Assembly (NCBI GenBank): GCA_965243025.1
Contig: CBDETY010000003.1
Location: 4,640,001-4,704,000 of the forward strand
DNA: 64,000 bases
Reading direction: 5' to 3'
Source: Candidatus Latescibacterota bacterium
GTDB taxonomy: Bacteria > Latescibacterota > UBA2968 > UBA8231
The notes beneath the pieces were generated by a model. That model saw nothing but the letters and a program-made list of their open reading frames with translations, was not told the DNA's origin and did not search any database. This document shows positions 9,275 to 18,117 of this stretch, piece after piece (the stretch's first letter is position 1; every line of letters starts with the position of its first letter). The translations under genes and the position numbers were made by a program.

Positions 9275-10171
9275 ATGGCGAGCGCTATGGAAATGACATC
9301 CCGGGTGATCGACGTAGATTCCGGCAACTTCGAGGAGGTCGTGCTCCAAGGGTCGAGCGAGCGCGTCGTCGTCGTCGACTTCTGGGCCCCCTGGTGCGGG
9401 CCCTGCAAGACCCTGGGACCGGTGCTCGAGGAGGTCGTCACGGCGCTCGGGCCGGGGGTGGCCCTGGCCAAGGTCAACGTCGACGACAACCAGGACCTGG
9501 CGATGGCGTTCCGCGTCCAGGGAATTCCCGCGGTCAAGATCGTCAAGGACGGCCAGCTCGTCGACGAGTTCACCGGGGCGCTGCCGCGGCAGCAGATCGA
9601 GGAGGTGCTGAGGCGCCACGTCCCCGGGGCGCCCCCGAGCGAAGAGGAGGTCGCAGGCGACCTCGTCGAGGCCGGCAGGGGGCGCATCGACGCCGGCGAC
9701 CTCGCCGGGGCCGCGTCCCTGTTCGAGCAAGCCCTGCGAGGCGACGAGGACAACGGCGCCGCCTGGGTGGGGCTTGCCCGCGTGCGCTTGCTGGAGAACC
9801 GCTTCGACGAAGTGCACGAGCTGGTAGGAAAGATCGAGCAGGGCACCAGCGAGTACGACCAGGGCCAGGCCCTGCTCAAGCAGCTCGAGTTCCACCGCCT
9901 GTGCGAGGAGGCCGGGGGGCGCCGGGCCTGCGCCGGGCGCCTGCTCGCCGACGCCTCGGACCTTAAGGCCCGCTACCGGCTCGGTTGCTGCGCCGCGGCG
10001 GACGGCGACTACGCCACCGCCCTGCGCGAGTGGTTCCAGGTGCTCGAGAAGGACGGCAGTTTCGGCCAGGGGACCGCCAGGGATGCGATGGTGTCGGTCT
10101 TTCACCTGCTCGGCCGCCACCACCCCGTCGTCGGCGACTACCCGCAGCGGGTGTACCGCCTTCTCTACTGA
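9275..10171 (+). CDS. cnoX: Thioredoxin-TPR chaperedoxin (CnoX/YbbN family)
   Basis: VDFWAPWCGPCK thioredoxin domain followed by TPR helices, ending RVYRLLY. Confidence 0.85.
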   Translation: MASAMEMTSRVIDVDSGNFEEVVLQGSSERVVVVDFWAPWCGPCKTLGPVLEEVVTALGPGVALAKVNVDDNQDLAMAFRVQGIPAVKIVKDGQLVDEFTGALPRQQIEEVLRRHVPGAPPSEEEVAGDLVEAGRGRIDAGDLAGAASLFEQALRGDEDNGAAWVGLARVRLLENRFDEVHELVGKIEQGTSEYDQGQALLKQLEFHRLCEEAGGRRACAGRLLADASDLKARYRLGCCAAADGDYATALREWFQVLEKDGSFGQGTARDAMVSVFHLLGRHHPVVGDYPQRVYRLLY

Positions 10172-10320
10172 GAAGGATTCACACAGCCCGGCCTTCATCC
10201 ACCGGGGGTCGGTCAACGACGAGAAACTACTGACCCGCTCCTGGAGGCGCCGGACGGGCCGGAGTACCGTCAACCGCTTCCTTTCCGCGGGGAAGTACGA
10301 GCCCCTCGCTGCGCGGGATC

Positions 10321-11502
10321 CTACCAGAAGGACTTGCCGGTCCAGGGGTGCCGCAGCACCTCGTCCCAGTCGAGCTCGGTGCCCCACCCCGGGGCCGCCG
10401 GAGTCTTCATCGCCCCCGACTCGATCTCCGGCAGGTTGGTCACCAGTTCGTCCTTCCACGGCACGTCGTCGACGTCGATCTCCATGATGTGAACGTTGGG
10501 CAGCACCGCGCACAGGCTGGCGCCTATGAAGGTCGCCAGGTGGCTGTAGTAGTTGTGCGGGGCGACGTTGTGCTGAAAGGTCTCGGCGAGGTCGCCGATC
10601 TTCTTCGCCTGCGAGAAGCCGTTCCAGGGGACGTCGATCATGTACACGTCCGCGGCCCTGGCCCGGAAGTACGGCAGGTATTCCCGCATGTAGTAGAGGT
10701 TTTCCCCGGTGCAGATCGGGATGCCGGTGTTCTCGCGGACGTGGCGGATCGCCTCGCAGTCGTAGAGGTCGATCTCGAGCCACATCAGCTCGAACGGCTC
10801 GAGAGCGCGGGCGAGGCGCACGGCGGCTTCCGGCTTGAAGTTGAAGTTGAGGTCGAGGGCTATCTCGGCGGCTGCCCCGGTCCCCTCGCGGAAGGCCCCT
10901 ATCTGGGCGGCGACGTGGTCGATCAGCCCGCGGCTCACCGTCTGGTCGGTGGTCCCCCCCTGCCCGAAGCAGGGGAAGTAGACCGACGCCGGCTCCCCCG
11001 GAAAAACGATGTTGGTCTTCAGCGCGGTGTACCCCCTGGCGACCACTTCCCTGCCGAGAGCGGCGATGTCGTCGAGGGTGCGCAGCGGGGGCGCCCCGAG
11101 CAGCTCGTGGTTCAGCGCCCGGGAGGTGCCGCAGTGCGACCAGTAGAGGCGCACCCGGTCGCGGGTGGGGCCTCCGAACAGCTCGGTTACCGAAATGCCG
11201 AGGGCGCGCGCCTTGGCGTCGACGAGGGCGAGCTCGATGCCGGCGATCGCCTTGGCGGCGATTCCCCCCGGGCTCTGCCGCGAGCCGCGGATCATGTCCT
11301 GGAAGCGCGTCTCGTAGGCGCGCGGGTCCGCTCCGAGGAGAAGCGGCTTCAGGTCGTCGATGGCCCCGGCCACTCCCAGGGGATTCTTGCCGTCGCTGCA
11401 CTCGCCGTAGCCGGTGACGCCGGTATCGGTCTCGACCCTGACGAACAGCCAGGGCCGCCAGCCGGCGTCGACGACCGCGGTCTCGATGCGGGTGATCTTC
11501 AA
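10321..11502 (-). CDS. Mandelate racemase/muconate lactonizing enzyme family (enolase superfamily)
   Basis: MKITRIET, VETDTGVTGYGE, GIELALVDAKARALG, YWSHCG, ALKTN, ICTGENL, APHNYYSHL. Confidence 0.88.
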   Translation of the reverse strand: MKITRIETAVVDAGWRPWLFVRVETDTGVTGYGECSDGKNPLGVAGAIDDLKPLLLGADPRAYETRFQDMIRGSRQSPGGIAAKAIAGIELALVDAKARALGISVTELFGGPTRDRVRLYWSHCGTSRALNHELLGAPPLRTLDDIAALGREVVARGYTALKTNIVFPGEPASVYFPCFGQGGTTDQTVSRGLIDHVAAQIGAFREGTGAAAEIALDLNFNFKPEAAVRLARALEPFELMWLEIDLYDCEAIRHVRENTGIPICTGENLYYMREYLPYFRARAADVYMIDVPWNGFSQAKKIGDLAETFQHNVAPHNYYSHLATFIGASLCAVLPNVHIMEIDVDDVPWKDELVTNLPEIESGAMKTPAAPGWGTELDWDEVLRHPWTGKSFW

Positions 11503-11520
11503 AGGAGTGCCTTCCCCCCC

Positions 11521-13143
11521 TCAACCGCCGGGGATTCCGCCGGCGACGGGAACGTGGACGAGGGCCGGGACTTCCGCCGCGAGACCGGCTGCCAGAGCCT
11601 TCGGCAGCTCGCCGCGGTCCTCGACGCGGGTGCCGAGGGCTCCGAATGCGCGCGCCGCGGCGGCGAAGTCGACCGGCCCGAGGCGGCTGCTCATCGCCTC
11701 GCCGTAGGCTTTCAGGTGGCCGCTCTCGGTGATCCCCCAGCTCTCGTCGTCGGCGACCACCATCAGGAACGGGAGCTTCTGGCGCACGGCGCACTCGAGG
11801 TCGGGGAGGTTGAAGGTGGCGGCGCCGTCCCCGGACAGCAGCGCCACCGGACGCTGCGGGAACCCGGCGCGCGCCGCCATGGCCGCCCCGATGCCGTAGC
11901 CGACGACGCCGCTGGCGCCGCAGGTCAGCGTCAGCCCGGAGTAGCGCTCCCGCCCGGCAGTCTGGTGAAACCACTGGCCGATGTTGCCGCCGTCGACGAC
12001 GAGGACCGCCTCCTCGCCGGCCGCGGCTGCGAGGGCTTCGACGACGTCGAGGGACTGCAGCCCGCCGGAGCGGTCCACGGCCCCCGTAATCTCGCGGCGG
12101 TGGGCGTCGACGCGGGAACGGGTCTCGGCGAGCCAGCTCTCGAACCCCCGGATCTGCCGTTCGGCGCAGGCCCGGTCGAGCTGTTCCAGGGCCGCGGCCG
12201 GATCGGCGAGGATCGACAGCCCGTTCGACGGCAGGTGGTGCAGGCGCCCGGGGTCGATGTCGATGCGGATGACGGCGGCGTCCCGGGAGACTTCCGGAGG
12301 CCGCAGGAAGCCGACCCGGTAGTCGGCGGCCGCCCCGACCAGGAGCAGCAGGTCCGCGTCCGCGAGGATGTCCGGCCCGCCGCTGGCGGCGCCGACCACC
12401 CCGAGGAACTCCGCCCGCCTGCTGCTGACGCAGCCGCGGTCCCAGATCGGCACGACGAACGGAACGGCGAAAGCGGTGCAGAAGTCGGCGAGGACCTCCC
12501 CGGCCCCGGAGTACCAGGCCCCGCTGCCGGCCACAAGGAGCGGACGCTCGGCCGCTGCAAGCATCTTCGCCGCCCTGGCGACGCCGGCCTCGTCGGCACG
12601 GGCCCGGTCCTCCCGGCGGCCCGGCGGAGCGGGGACCTCGGCCTCGACCTCGGCCTCCTGGACATCCATCGGAAAGGTCAGATGCACCGGTCCGGGCCGC
12701 CCGCTGCGGGCGCTTTCGAAGGCCTCGCGCACCTGCCCGGGGATGCGTTCTGGTATGTCGAGGACGCGCGCGTACTTGCAGACCGGGGCGGCCAGGGCCA
12801 CCTGCTCGAAGTCCTGGAAATGCCCCATCCCCGCCGTTGCCAGCGGCCCCGAGCCGGTCAGCAGCAGCATCGGGGCGCCGTCGAAGTGGGCGTTGACGAC
12901 GCCGGTCAGGGCGTTGGCGTGGGCGACGCCGCTGCTGACCGCGCAGACCCCGGCCTCGCCGCTCATGCGGCCCCAGCTCTCGGCCATGTAGGCGGCGGTC
13001 TGCTCGTTGCGGGTGTCGATCAGGCGGATGCCGGCGCGGCCGCAGGCGGCGTACACCTCGTTGAGGCCGTGGCCGCACAGGGTCGAGATCCACTCGACGC
13101 GCAGGCTCGCCAGCGTCTGCGCCAGCAGGTCGGCGCCGTTCAT
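11521..13143 (-). CDS. Thiamine-diphosphate-dependent enzyme (acetolactate synthase / 2-hydroxyacyl-CoA lyase-like)
   Basis: MNGADLLAQTL start, TRNEQTAAYMAE (catalytic Glu), SGRPGPVHL, VDGGNIGQW, and the ThDP motif as GDG-X24-DD. Confidence 0.85.
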   Translation of the reverse strand: MNGADLLAQTLASLRVEWISTLCGHGLNEVYAACGRAGIRLIDTRNEQTAAYMAESWGRMSGEAGVCAVSSGVAHANALTGVVNAHFDGAPMLLLTGSGPLATAGMGHFQDFEQVALAAPVCKYARVLDIPERIPGQVREAFESARSGRPGPVHLTFPMDVQEAEVEAEVPAPPGRREDRARADEAGVARAAKMLAAAERPLLVAGSGAWYSGAGEVLADFCTAFAVPFVVPIWDRGCVSSRRAEFLGVVGAASGGPDILADADLLLLVGAAADYRVGFLRPPEVSRDAAVIRIDIDPGRLHHLPSNGLSILADPAAALEQLDRACAERQIRGFESWLAETRSRVDAHRREITGAVDRSGGLQSLDVVEALAAAAGEEAVLVVDGGNIGQWFHQTAGRERYSGLTLTCGASGVVGYGIGAAMAARAGFPQRPVALLSGDGAATFNLPDLECAVRQKLPFLMVVADDESWGITESGHLKAYGEAMSSRLGPVDFAAAARAFGALGTRVEDRGELPKALAAGLAAEVPALVHVPVAGGIPGG

Positions 13144-13386
13144 GGAGACAGCGGACGGATACGGGGCGGGAGGGAACTGCCTGTTCTGCAACAAGCGGGC
13201 ATGGGACAGCACCTTACTGCTGCGGCAGTCGAGGGTCAAGCGCACCGGTGCAGGACGGTTCCGCCGCCGGCCGGGGGCTCAAAGACCGGTCCGGCCGGTA
13301 CACCCGCGTGCCATGTCGCCGCGCCCGGTTTAACTTGTTGCCGCCTGACGAAAATCTACGCCCCACCCTCACCGGATCCGGAGAAC

Positions 13387-14739
13387 ATGGTGACCGAATC
13401 GCAAACCGGCGCCGCCGCGGTAGGGGACGCCGCCCGATCGAAGGTCCCGCTGTCCCATCGCCTGGGTTTCTGGAACAACTGCGTCGTCCTCTGGGGCTGG
13501 GTGCTGGTGCTGTCCAGCTTCCTCGTCGGGGGCATGGTGGGCAAGACGTTCCCCCTGCAGATGGCGGTGCCGATCATCTTCTTCGGCACCCTGTGCAACG
13601 CCATCGTCGGGGTCCTCATCGGGTCGGCGGCCGCCCGCACCGGGTATTCCAGCGCCCTCCTCTACCGCTACACCTTCGGCCGCAAGGGGGTGATCCTTCC
13701 CAACGTCCTGATGGGGCTGACCAACATGGGCTGGTTCGCCCTCATCCTCAACATCACCCGCGACGGGCTGGTCGCCCATTACGGCGCCGAGACCGGCGGC
13801 GCCCTGTGGCTGTGGTCGACCGTCGTCATCGGGGCGCTGTTCATCCTGCCCGCGGCGATCCGCATCCGCTGGATCGCCTACGTCGACTGGTTCGCGGTGC
13901 CGGGCTTCATGGCGATCTTCCTGCTCGTGCTGACGACGACGCTGTCGGCTGCCGGCGGGTTCGGCCCGCTGTGGAACAAGTGGTCCGACCCGGGCAAGCC
14001 GGTATTCATCGGCTTCGACATGGCCGCCGGCGGCTGGCTCGTCGGGGTCACCATCATCGCCGACCTGGCGCGGTTCTGGAAAAACGCCAAACACGCCATC
14101 TTCGGCATCATGTCGGCGTACGTCGGCCTGGTGACGATCCAGTACTGGGGGGGCGCGATCAGCGCCGCGCATACAGGGGAATGGAACCTTTTCCTGATCG
14201 CCAATTCCCTGGGACTGGGCATACTCGCCTGGCTGGCGCTCTGGTTCGGCGCCCAGTCCACGGTCCAGGGGGGCACGTACGCTTCCGGGCTTGCGTTTTC
14301 GGCGCCGCCGATTCCCATGGTCCGGAGCCAGGAGTTCATGCGCCGGCTGGCGACCGTCGGCGTCGGAGTGGTCGGCTTCATCGGCAGCTACCTCGGCCTC
14401 GACCAGATCGCGCTCTGGTGGGTGCAGTTCCTCTCCTGGGTCGTCGGCCCGATCGCCGTCACCGTCATCCTCGACTACTGGGCGTTTCCCGGCCGCCGCC
14501 TGCTCTACGAGCGCGCCGACGGGGCCGACATGAACCTCAACCCGGCCGCGTTCGCCGCCTGGATCGTCGGTTTCCTGACCGGGTTCTACGTCGGCGGCAA
14601 CGAGATCTTCAGCGGTCTGCTGTGCTCGATGTCCGCGGCCGGTCTGATCTATTTCGTGTGGATGAAGACGGCCCTCGCCAAAGGCACCACACCCGAGGCG
14701 CAGTTGTTCGGCGCCGGAAACAGAACGGAGGCGGCATGA
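13387..14739 (+). CDS. NCS1 family (CodB-like) nucleobase/heterocycle permease
   Basis: About 12 hydrophobic helices, ARTGYSSALLYRYTFGRKG, MGWFA, ADLARF, VILDYW, LNPAAFAAW. Confidence 0.85.
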   Translation: MVTESQTGAAAVGDAARSKVPLSHRLGFWNNCVVLWGWVLVLSSFLVGGMVGKTFPLQMAVPIIFFGTLCNAIVGVLIGSAAARTGYSSALLYRYTFGRKGVILPNVLMGLTNMGWFALILNITRDGLVAHYGAETGGALWLWSTVVIGALFILPAAIRIRWIAYVDWFAVPGFMAIFLLVLTTTLSAAGGFGPLWNKWSDPGKPVFIGFDMAAGGWLVGVTIIADLARFWKNAKHAIFGIMSAYVGLVTIQYWGGAISAAHTGEWNLFLIANSLGLGILAWLALWFGAQSTVQGGTYASGLAFSAPPIPMVRSQEFMRRLATVGVGVVGFIGSYLGLDQIALWWVQFLSWVVGPIAVTVILDYWAFPGRRLLYERADGADMNLNPAAFAAWIVGFLTGFYVGGNEIFSGLLCSMSAAGLIYFVWMKTALAKGTTPEAQLFGAGNRTEAA

Positions 14740-14879
14740 CGGCACTGGCATGGCTCACCATTCTCGCCGAGGTGGTGCTGGCAATCTGGGTCGTCCGCCT
14801 CGTGTGGCGCACCGAAACCGAGCGGCCGACCGAGGAGATCGTCCCCGCCGGGGACGACGACGTGGAGCTCGTCGGTTAG
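14736..14879 (+). CDS. 47-aa single-TM small protein translationally coupled to the permease
   Basis: ATGA start/stop overlap with the permease and an upstream GGAGG. Sequence MTALAWLTILAEVVLAIWVVRLVW followed by an acidic tail. Confidence 0.65.
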   Translation: MTALAWLTILAEVVLAIWVVRLVWRTETERPTEEIVPAGDDDVELVG

Positions 14880-14902
14880 CGGGTTCGGCCGAAGCGAAGA
14901 GC

Positions 14903-16882
14903 ATGGCGCTGCATCACTTGTTCACCCCTATCCGGGTCGGCCCGCTGGAGGTGAAGAACCGCGTGGTCCTGGCGCCGCTCGACGTCGGCCTGCACGGCCC
15001 GGACGGCGAGGTGACCGACCGCTACATCGACTTCCTGGTGGACAGGGCCCGGGGAGAGACCGGGCTGCTGATCACCGAGTTCACCTCGGTGTGGCCGGAA
15101 AAGAGGGTGATCACCACCTCCGTCTGGGACGACAGGTTCATACCCGGCCTCTCGCGGATCCCCGAAGCCGTGCACGATGCCGGGGCTCCGGTGTTCATGC
15201 AGATAGCCGCCCTTGGCGGGAAGTCCTACGTCGAGCCGTTCGCACCGTCGGCGGTCGACAGCGAGCTGTACGAGCAGGTGCCGCGGGAGATGACGGTCCC
15301 CGAGATCGAGAACATGGTCGAGTGCTTCGTGCGCGGGGCGGAGCGGGCGCAGAGGGCCGGCTTCGACGGCGTCGAGTACCACTGCGCGCACTCCTACCTC
15401 GGCGGCCAGTTCATCTCCCCCCACACCAACCGGCGCGACGACGAGTACGGCGGCGACTTTCAGCGGCGCATGAGGTTCTCAGCCGAAGTCGTCGCCGGAA
15501 TCCGCCGGGCCTGCGGCGACGATTTCCCCATCGGCTTCAAGTTCAGCGCCCACGAGCACCTGCACGGCGGGGTCAACGACCGCTACGACGTCGGCGAATC
15601 CGACGGCGACCACCTGCGGGTCGCCAAGTACATGGAGGATATCGGGGTCGCCTACCTGCACGTGGCCACCACCTCGTCGACGATCATGAAGGTCAAGGGG
15701 TTCGTCGAGTGCACGCACCCCTCGGTCCCGCCGCTCTACATAAAGCCGAACACCCTCGTCGATCTCGCCGCCGAGGTGAAGGACAGCGGCGTCCGGGTAC
15801 CGGTGATCGCCACCGGCGGCATCACCGATCCTGTCGATGCCGAGGGGATCATCGCCGAAGGCAGGGCGGACATGGTCGCCCTGGGGCGCACTCTCATAGC
15901 CGACGGACACTGGGCGAGAAAGGCGCGGCTCGGCGGGAACATCGCTCCCTGCATCCGCTGCAACTTCTGCCACACCTTCGTCGTCATGGACCGCGGGGGA
16001 ATCCAGTGCACCACCAACCCCGTGGTCGGCCGCGAGAACATCCTCTCCTTCGAGAAGACGGCTCGGGCCAGGAGGGTGGTGGTCGTCGGAGCGGGTCCGG
16101 CCGGCCTCGAGGCAGGCCTGCGCGCCAGGGAGATGGGTCACGACGCCGTCGTTTACGACAGGCGCGATTCTCTCGGAGGCGAGATGATCTCCGCCTCGAT
16201 ACCGGAGTTCAAGTGGGACATCAGGCGTCTGCTGAACTACTACGAAGTCGAGGTGGAAAGGACGGGACTGGAGGTACGTCTCGGCACCGAAGTGACCGTC
16301 GATACCCTGAGGGAAGAGGGGGCCGATGCCGTGGTCCTGGCGACGGGGGGAGAGGCCATCGTTCCGGACGTTCCCGGCATCGACGGCGACTGTGTGGTGA
16401 CGGCGATCGACGCGCTGGTGCGCTGGGACGAGCTCGACATCGGGGAACGGGTCATGGTGCTCGGCGCCGGCCTGGTCGGGTACGAAACGGCCTGGCACGC
16501 CGGTTCCCAGAGGCGGGAGGTCACGATGGTTTCCCGCCGCAGCGAAGACGAAGTCGGCAACCTCGAGGAACACGGCACCAACCTCGCCCTGCTGATCAAG
16601 GGCACGCGGGAGGCCGGGGTACGGGTGCTGGCCGAACGCGAGCTCGTGGCGGTCGATGACGGCGCCGCAGTCCTCAGAGACCCCGATGGCCGCGAGCGGG
16701 CCCACCCCGTCGACACGCTGATCGTCAGCAGAGGCTACCGGCCGCGCCGGGAGCTCGAGCGCGCCATCGGGGAGGCCGGCCTGGGCTGCGGGGTGTTGAT
16801 GGCGGGGGACTGCGTCGAAGTGCGCAACTTCTTCGATGCCATCAACGAGGGAGCGCACGTGGTGAGGACGTCGCTGGCTTAG
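14903..16882 (+). CDS. NADH:flavin oxidoreductase (Old Yellow Enzyme TIM barrel + 4Fe-4S + FAD domain; FadH/BaiCD-type architecture)
   Basis: LFTPIRVG..EVKNRVVLAP, AGFDGVEYHCAHSYL, NRRDDEYGG, CIRCNFC...CTTNP cluster motif, VVGAGPAGLEA. Confidence 0.9.
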   Translation: MALHHLFTPIRVGPLEVKNRVVLAPLDVGLHGPDGEVTDRYIDFLVDRARGETGLLITEFTSVWPEKRVITTSVWDDRFIPGLSRIPEAVHDAGAPVFMQIAALGGKSYVEPFAPSAVDSELYEQVPREMTVPEIENMVECFVRGAERAQRAGFDGVEYHCAHSYLGGQFISPHTNRRDDEYGGDFQRRMRFSAEVVAGIRRACGDDFPIGFKFSAHEHLHGGVNDRYDVGESDGDHLRVAKYMEDIGVAYLHVATTSSTIMKVKGFVECTHPSVPPLYIKPNTLVDLAAEVKDSGVRVPVIATGGITDPVDAEGIIAEGRADMVALGRTLIADGHWARKARLGGNIAPCIRCNFCHTFVVMDRGGIQCTTNPVVGRENILSFEKTARARRVVVVGAGPAGLEAGLRAREMGHDAVVYDRRDSLGGEMISASIPEFKWDIRRLLNYYEVEVERTGLEVRLGTEVTVDTLREEGADAVVLATGGEAIVPDVPGIDGDCVVTAIDALVRWDELDIGERVMVLGAGLVGYETAWHAGSQRREVTMVSRRSEDEVGNLEEHGTNLALLIKGTREAGVRVLAERELVAVDDGAAVLRDPDGRERAHPVDTLIVSRGYRPRRELERAIGEAGLGCGVLMAGDCVEVRNFFDAINEGAHVVRTSLA

Positions 16883-16988
16883 TGTCCCCTTCCGGCGCGG
16901 GCGCGCCAGGATCGCCGGGGCAGATCGTTGTCCTCACCCGTCTCGATGCGCCGCTGCACTGGATATTCAGCGCCCGAGGAGAAACGAG

Positions 16989-18008
16989 ATGGCCCGAATT
17001 CTGCGCCAGGCCACCGTCGTGCGCGACGGGAATCACAACGGCTTCACCGACCTTCAGTACTGGCAGGGCTGCTACTGGGTGGCCTACCGCAAGGGCGCCG
17101 GGCACGTATCCATGGACGGCGCCGCGGCTCTTTCCGTGTCCGACGACCGCACCCGGTTTCGCGAAGTCGCCCACCTTCACATGCCGGGCGACAACCGCGA
17201 CCCCAAGCTTCTTCCCGTTAGCGAAGAGCGGATGGCCCTCTACTTCCCGAGCTGGATAAACGGCTACGAGGCCAGGGAACTGCAGCAATACATCACCTTT
17301 TCGGGCAACGGGTACGACTGGGAGAAACCGGCCCCCGTCCTGTCCCCCGGGAACTGGCTCTGGCGCGTCCGCCGGCACGAGGACCGCTACTACGGACTGA
17401 TCCAGAACCTCACCGGGGAGTGGGACGGCGAGGAGATGCCGCACCAGCTCGACCTGGCGGTCAGCGGCGATCTGCTCGAGTGGGAGGTCATCGCCCGGGT
17501 CGGCGAGCAGCACGGGCTCAACGAGAGCGACATCTGCTGGCGGGACGACGGCGAAGCCTGGATCGTCGCCAGAAGCGCGGTCGACAACTTCGCCAGCTGC
17601 TTCTGCTCGGCGCAGCGGCCCTGGATCGACTGGCAGTGTACCATGCTGGCGCCGATGGTGCACGCCCCGGTCTTCCTGCCCTGGCAGGGAGAGCTCTACG
17701 TCGCCGGCCGCAACATGCCCTCTGTCGAGGGGGACGCCGCGTTTCCGTTCAAATCCGCCAGTCTCGGCTTGTGGCGGGTCCGACGCCGGCAGCTCGAACC
17801 GGTGCTGCGCATTCCGGCTGCCGGCGATTGCTCCTATCCCGGTCTGATCGCAGACCCGGAGGGGCGCATCTGCATGAGCTACTACTCTCAGCACGCCTAC
17901 CACATGGGCGTGTTGCCGCAGCCGTCGCGGTTCCAGTCGCATCCTGACAACACGGCCTCCCTGCTCGAAGCGGATGACGTGTATTTCGCCGAACTCGAAC
18001 TGCCGTGA
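16989..18008 (+). CDS. Hypothetical beta-propeller (sialidase/BNR-like) protein
   Basis: HNGFTDL, DNRDPKL, WLWRV, GDCSYPG and SYYSQH, a pattern seen in uncharacterised exo-sialidase-like propellers. RBS GAGGAG. Confidence 0.6.
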   Translation: MARILRQATVVRDGNHNGFTDLQYWQGCYWVAYRKGAGHVSMDGAAALSVSDDRTRFREVAHLHMPGDNRDPKLLPVSEERMALYFPSWINGYEARELQQYITFSGNGYDWEKPAPVLSPGNWLWRVRRHEDRYYGLIQNLTGEWDGEEMPHQLDLAVSGDLLEWEVIARVGEQHGLNESDICWRDDGEAWIVARSAVDNFASCFCSAQRPWIDWQCTMLAPMVHAPVFLPWQGELYVAGRNMPSVEGDAAFPFKSASLGLWRVRRRQLEPVLRIPAAGDCSYPGLIADPEGRICMSYYSQHAYHMGVLPQPSRFQSHPDNTASLLEADDVYFAELELP

Positions 18009-18117
18009 GCCGTGCACTCACTTGCGTCCTCCGCGAAAGGACTACACGTGAAGCCTGAGGGCGCGCCGGCGACCGGCCGCGCTGCCCCTGATCCCCGATT
18101 TTGAAAGGAGGTGACGA

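Noticed and set aside
10172-10320. Codon-like stretch (AFIHRGSVNDEKLLTRSW...) between cnoX and the enolase gene
   Set aside because: It has no start codon or RBS and no recognisable homology, which is too weak to call a pseudogene.
7361-14739. Very long ORFs in the track (1910 aa at 7361-13093 minus; 1463 aa at 10348-14739 plus) and many other Arg/Pro/Gly-rich ORFs
   Set aside because: These are shadow frames of real genes in high-GC DNA. Only the 3' part of the 1463-aa ORF (from 13387) is a real permease.
18102-18114. TGA codons as selenocysteine or readthrough sites extending the propeller gene upstream
   Set aside because: The upstream frame shows no protein-like continuation and there is no SECIS-like hairpin. 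The TGA at 18112 is part of the SD sequence.
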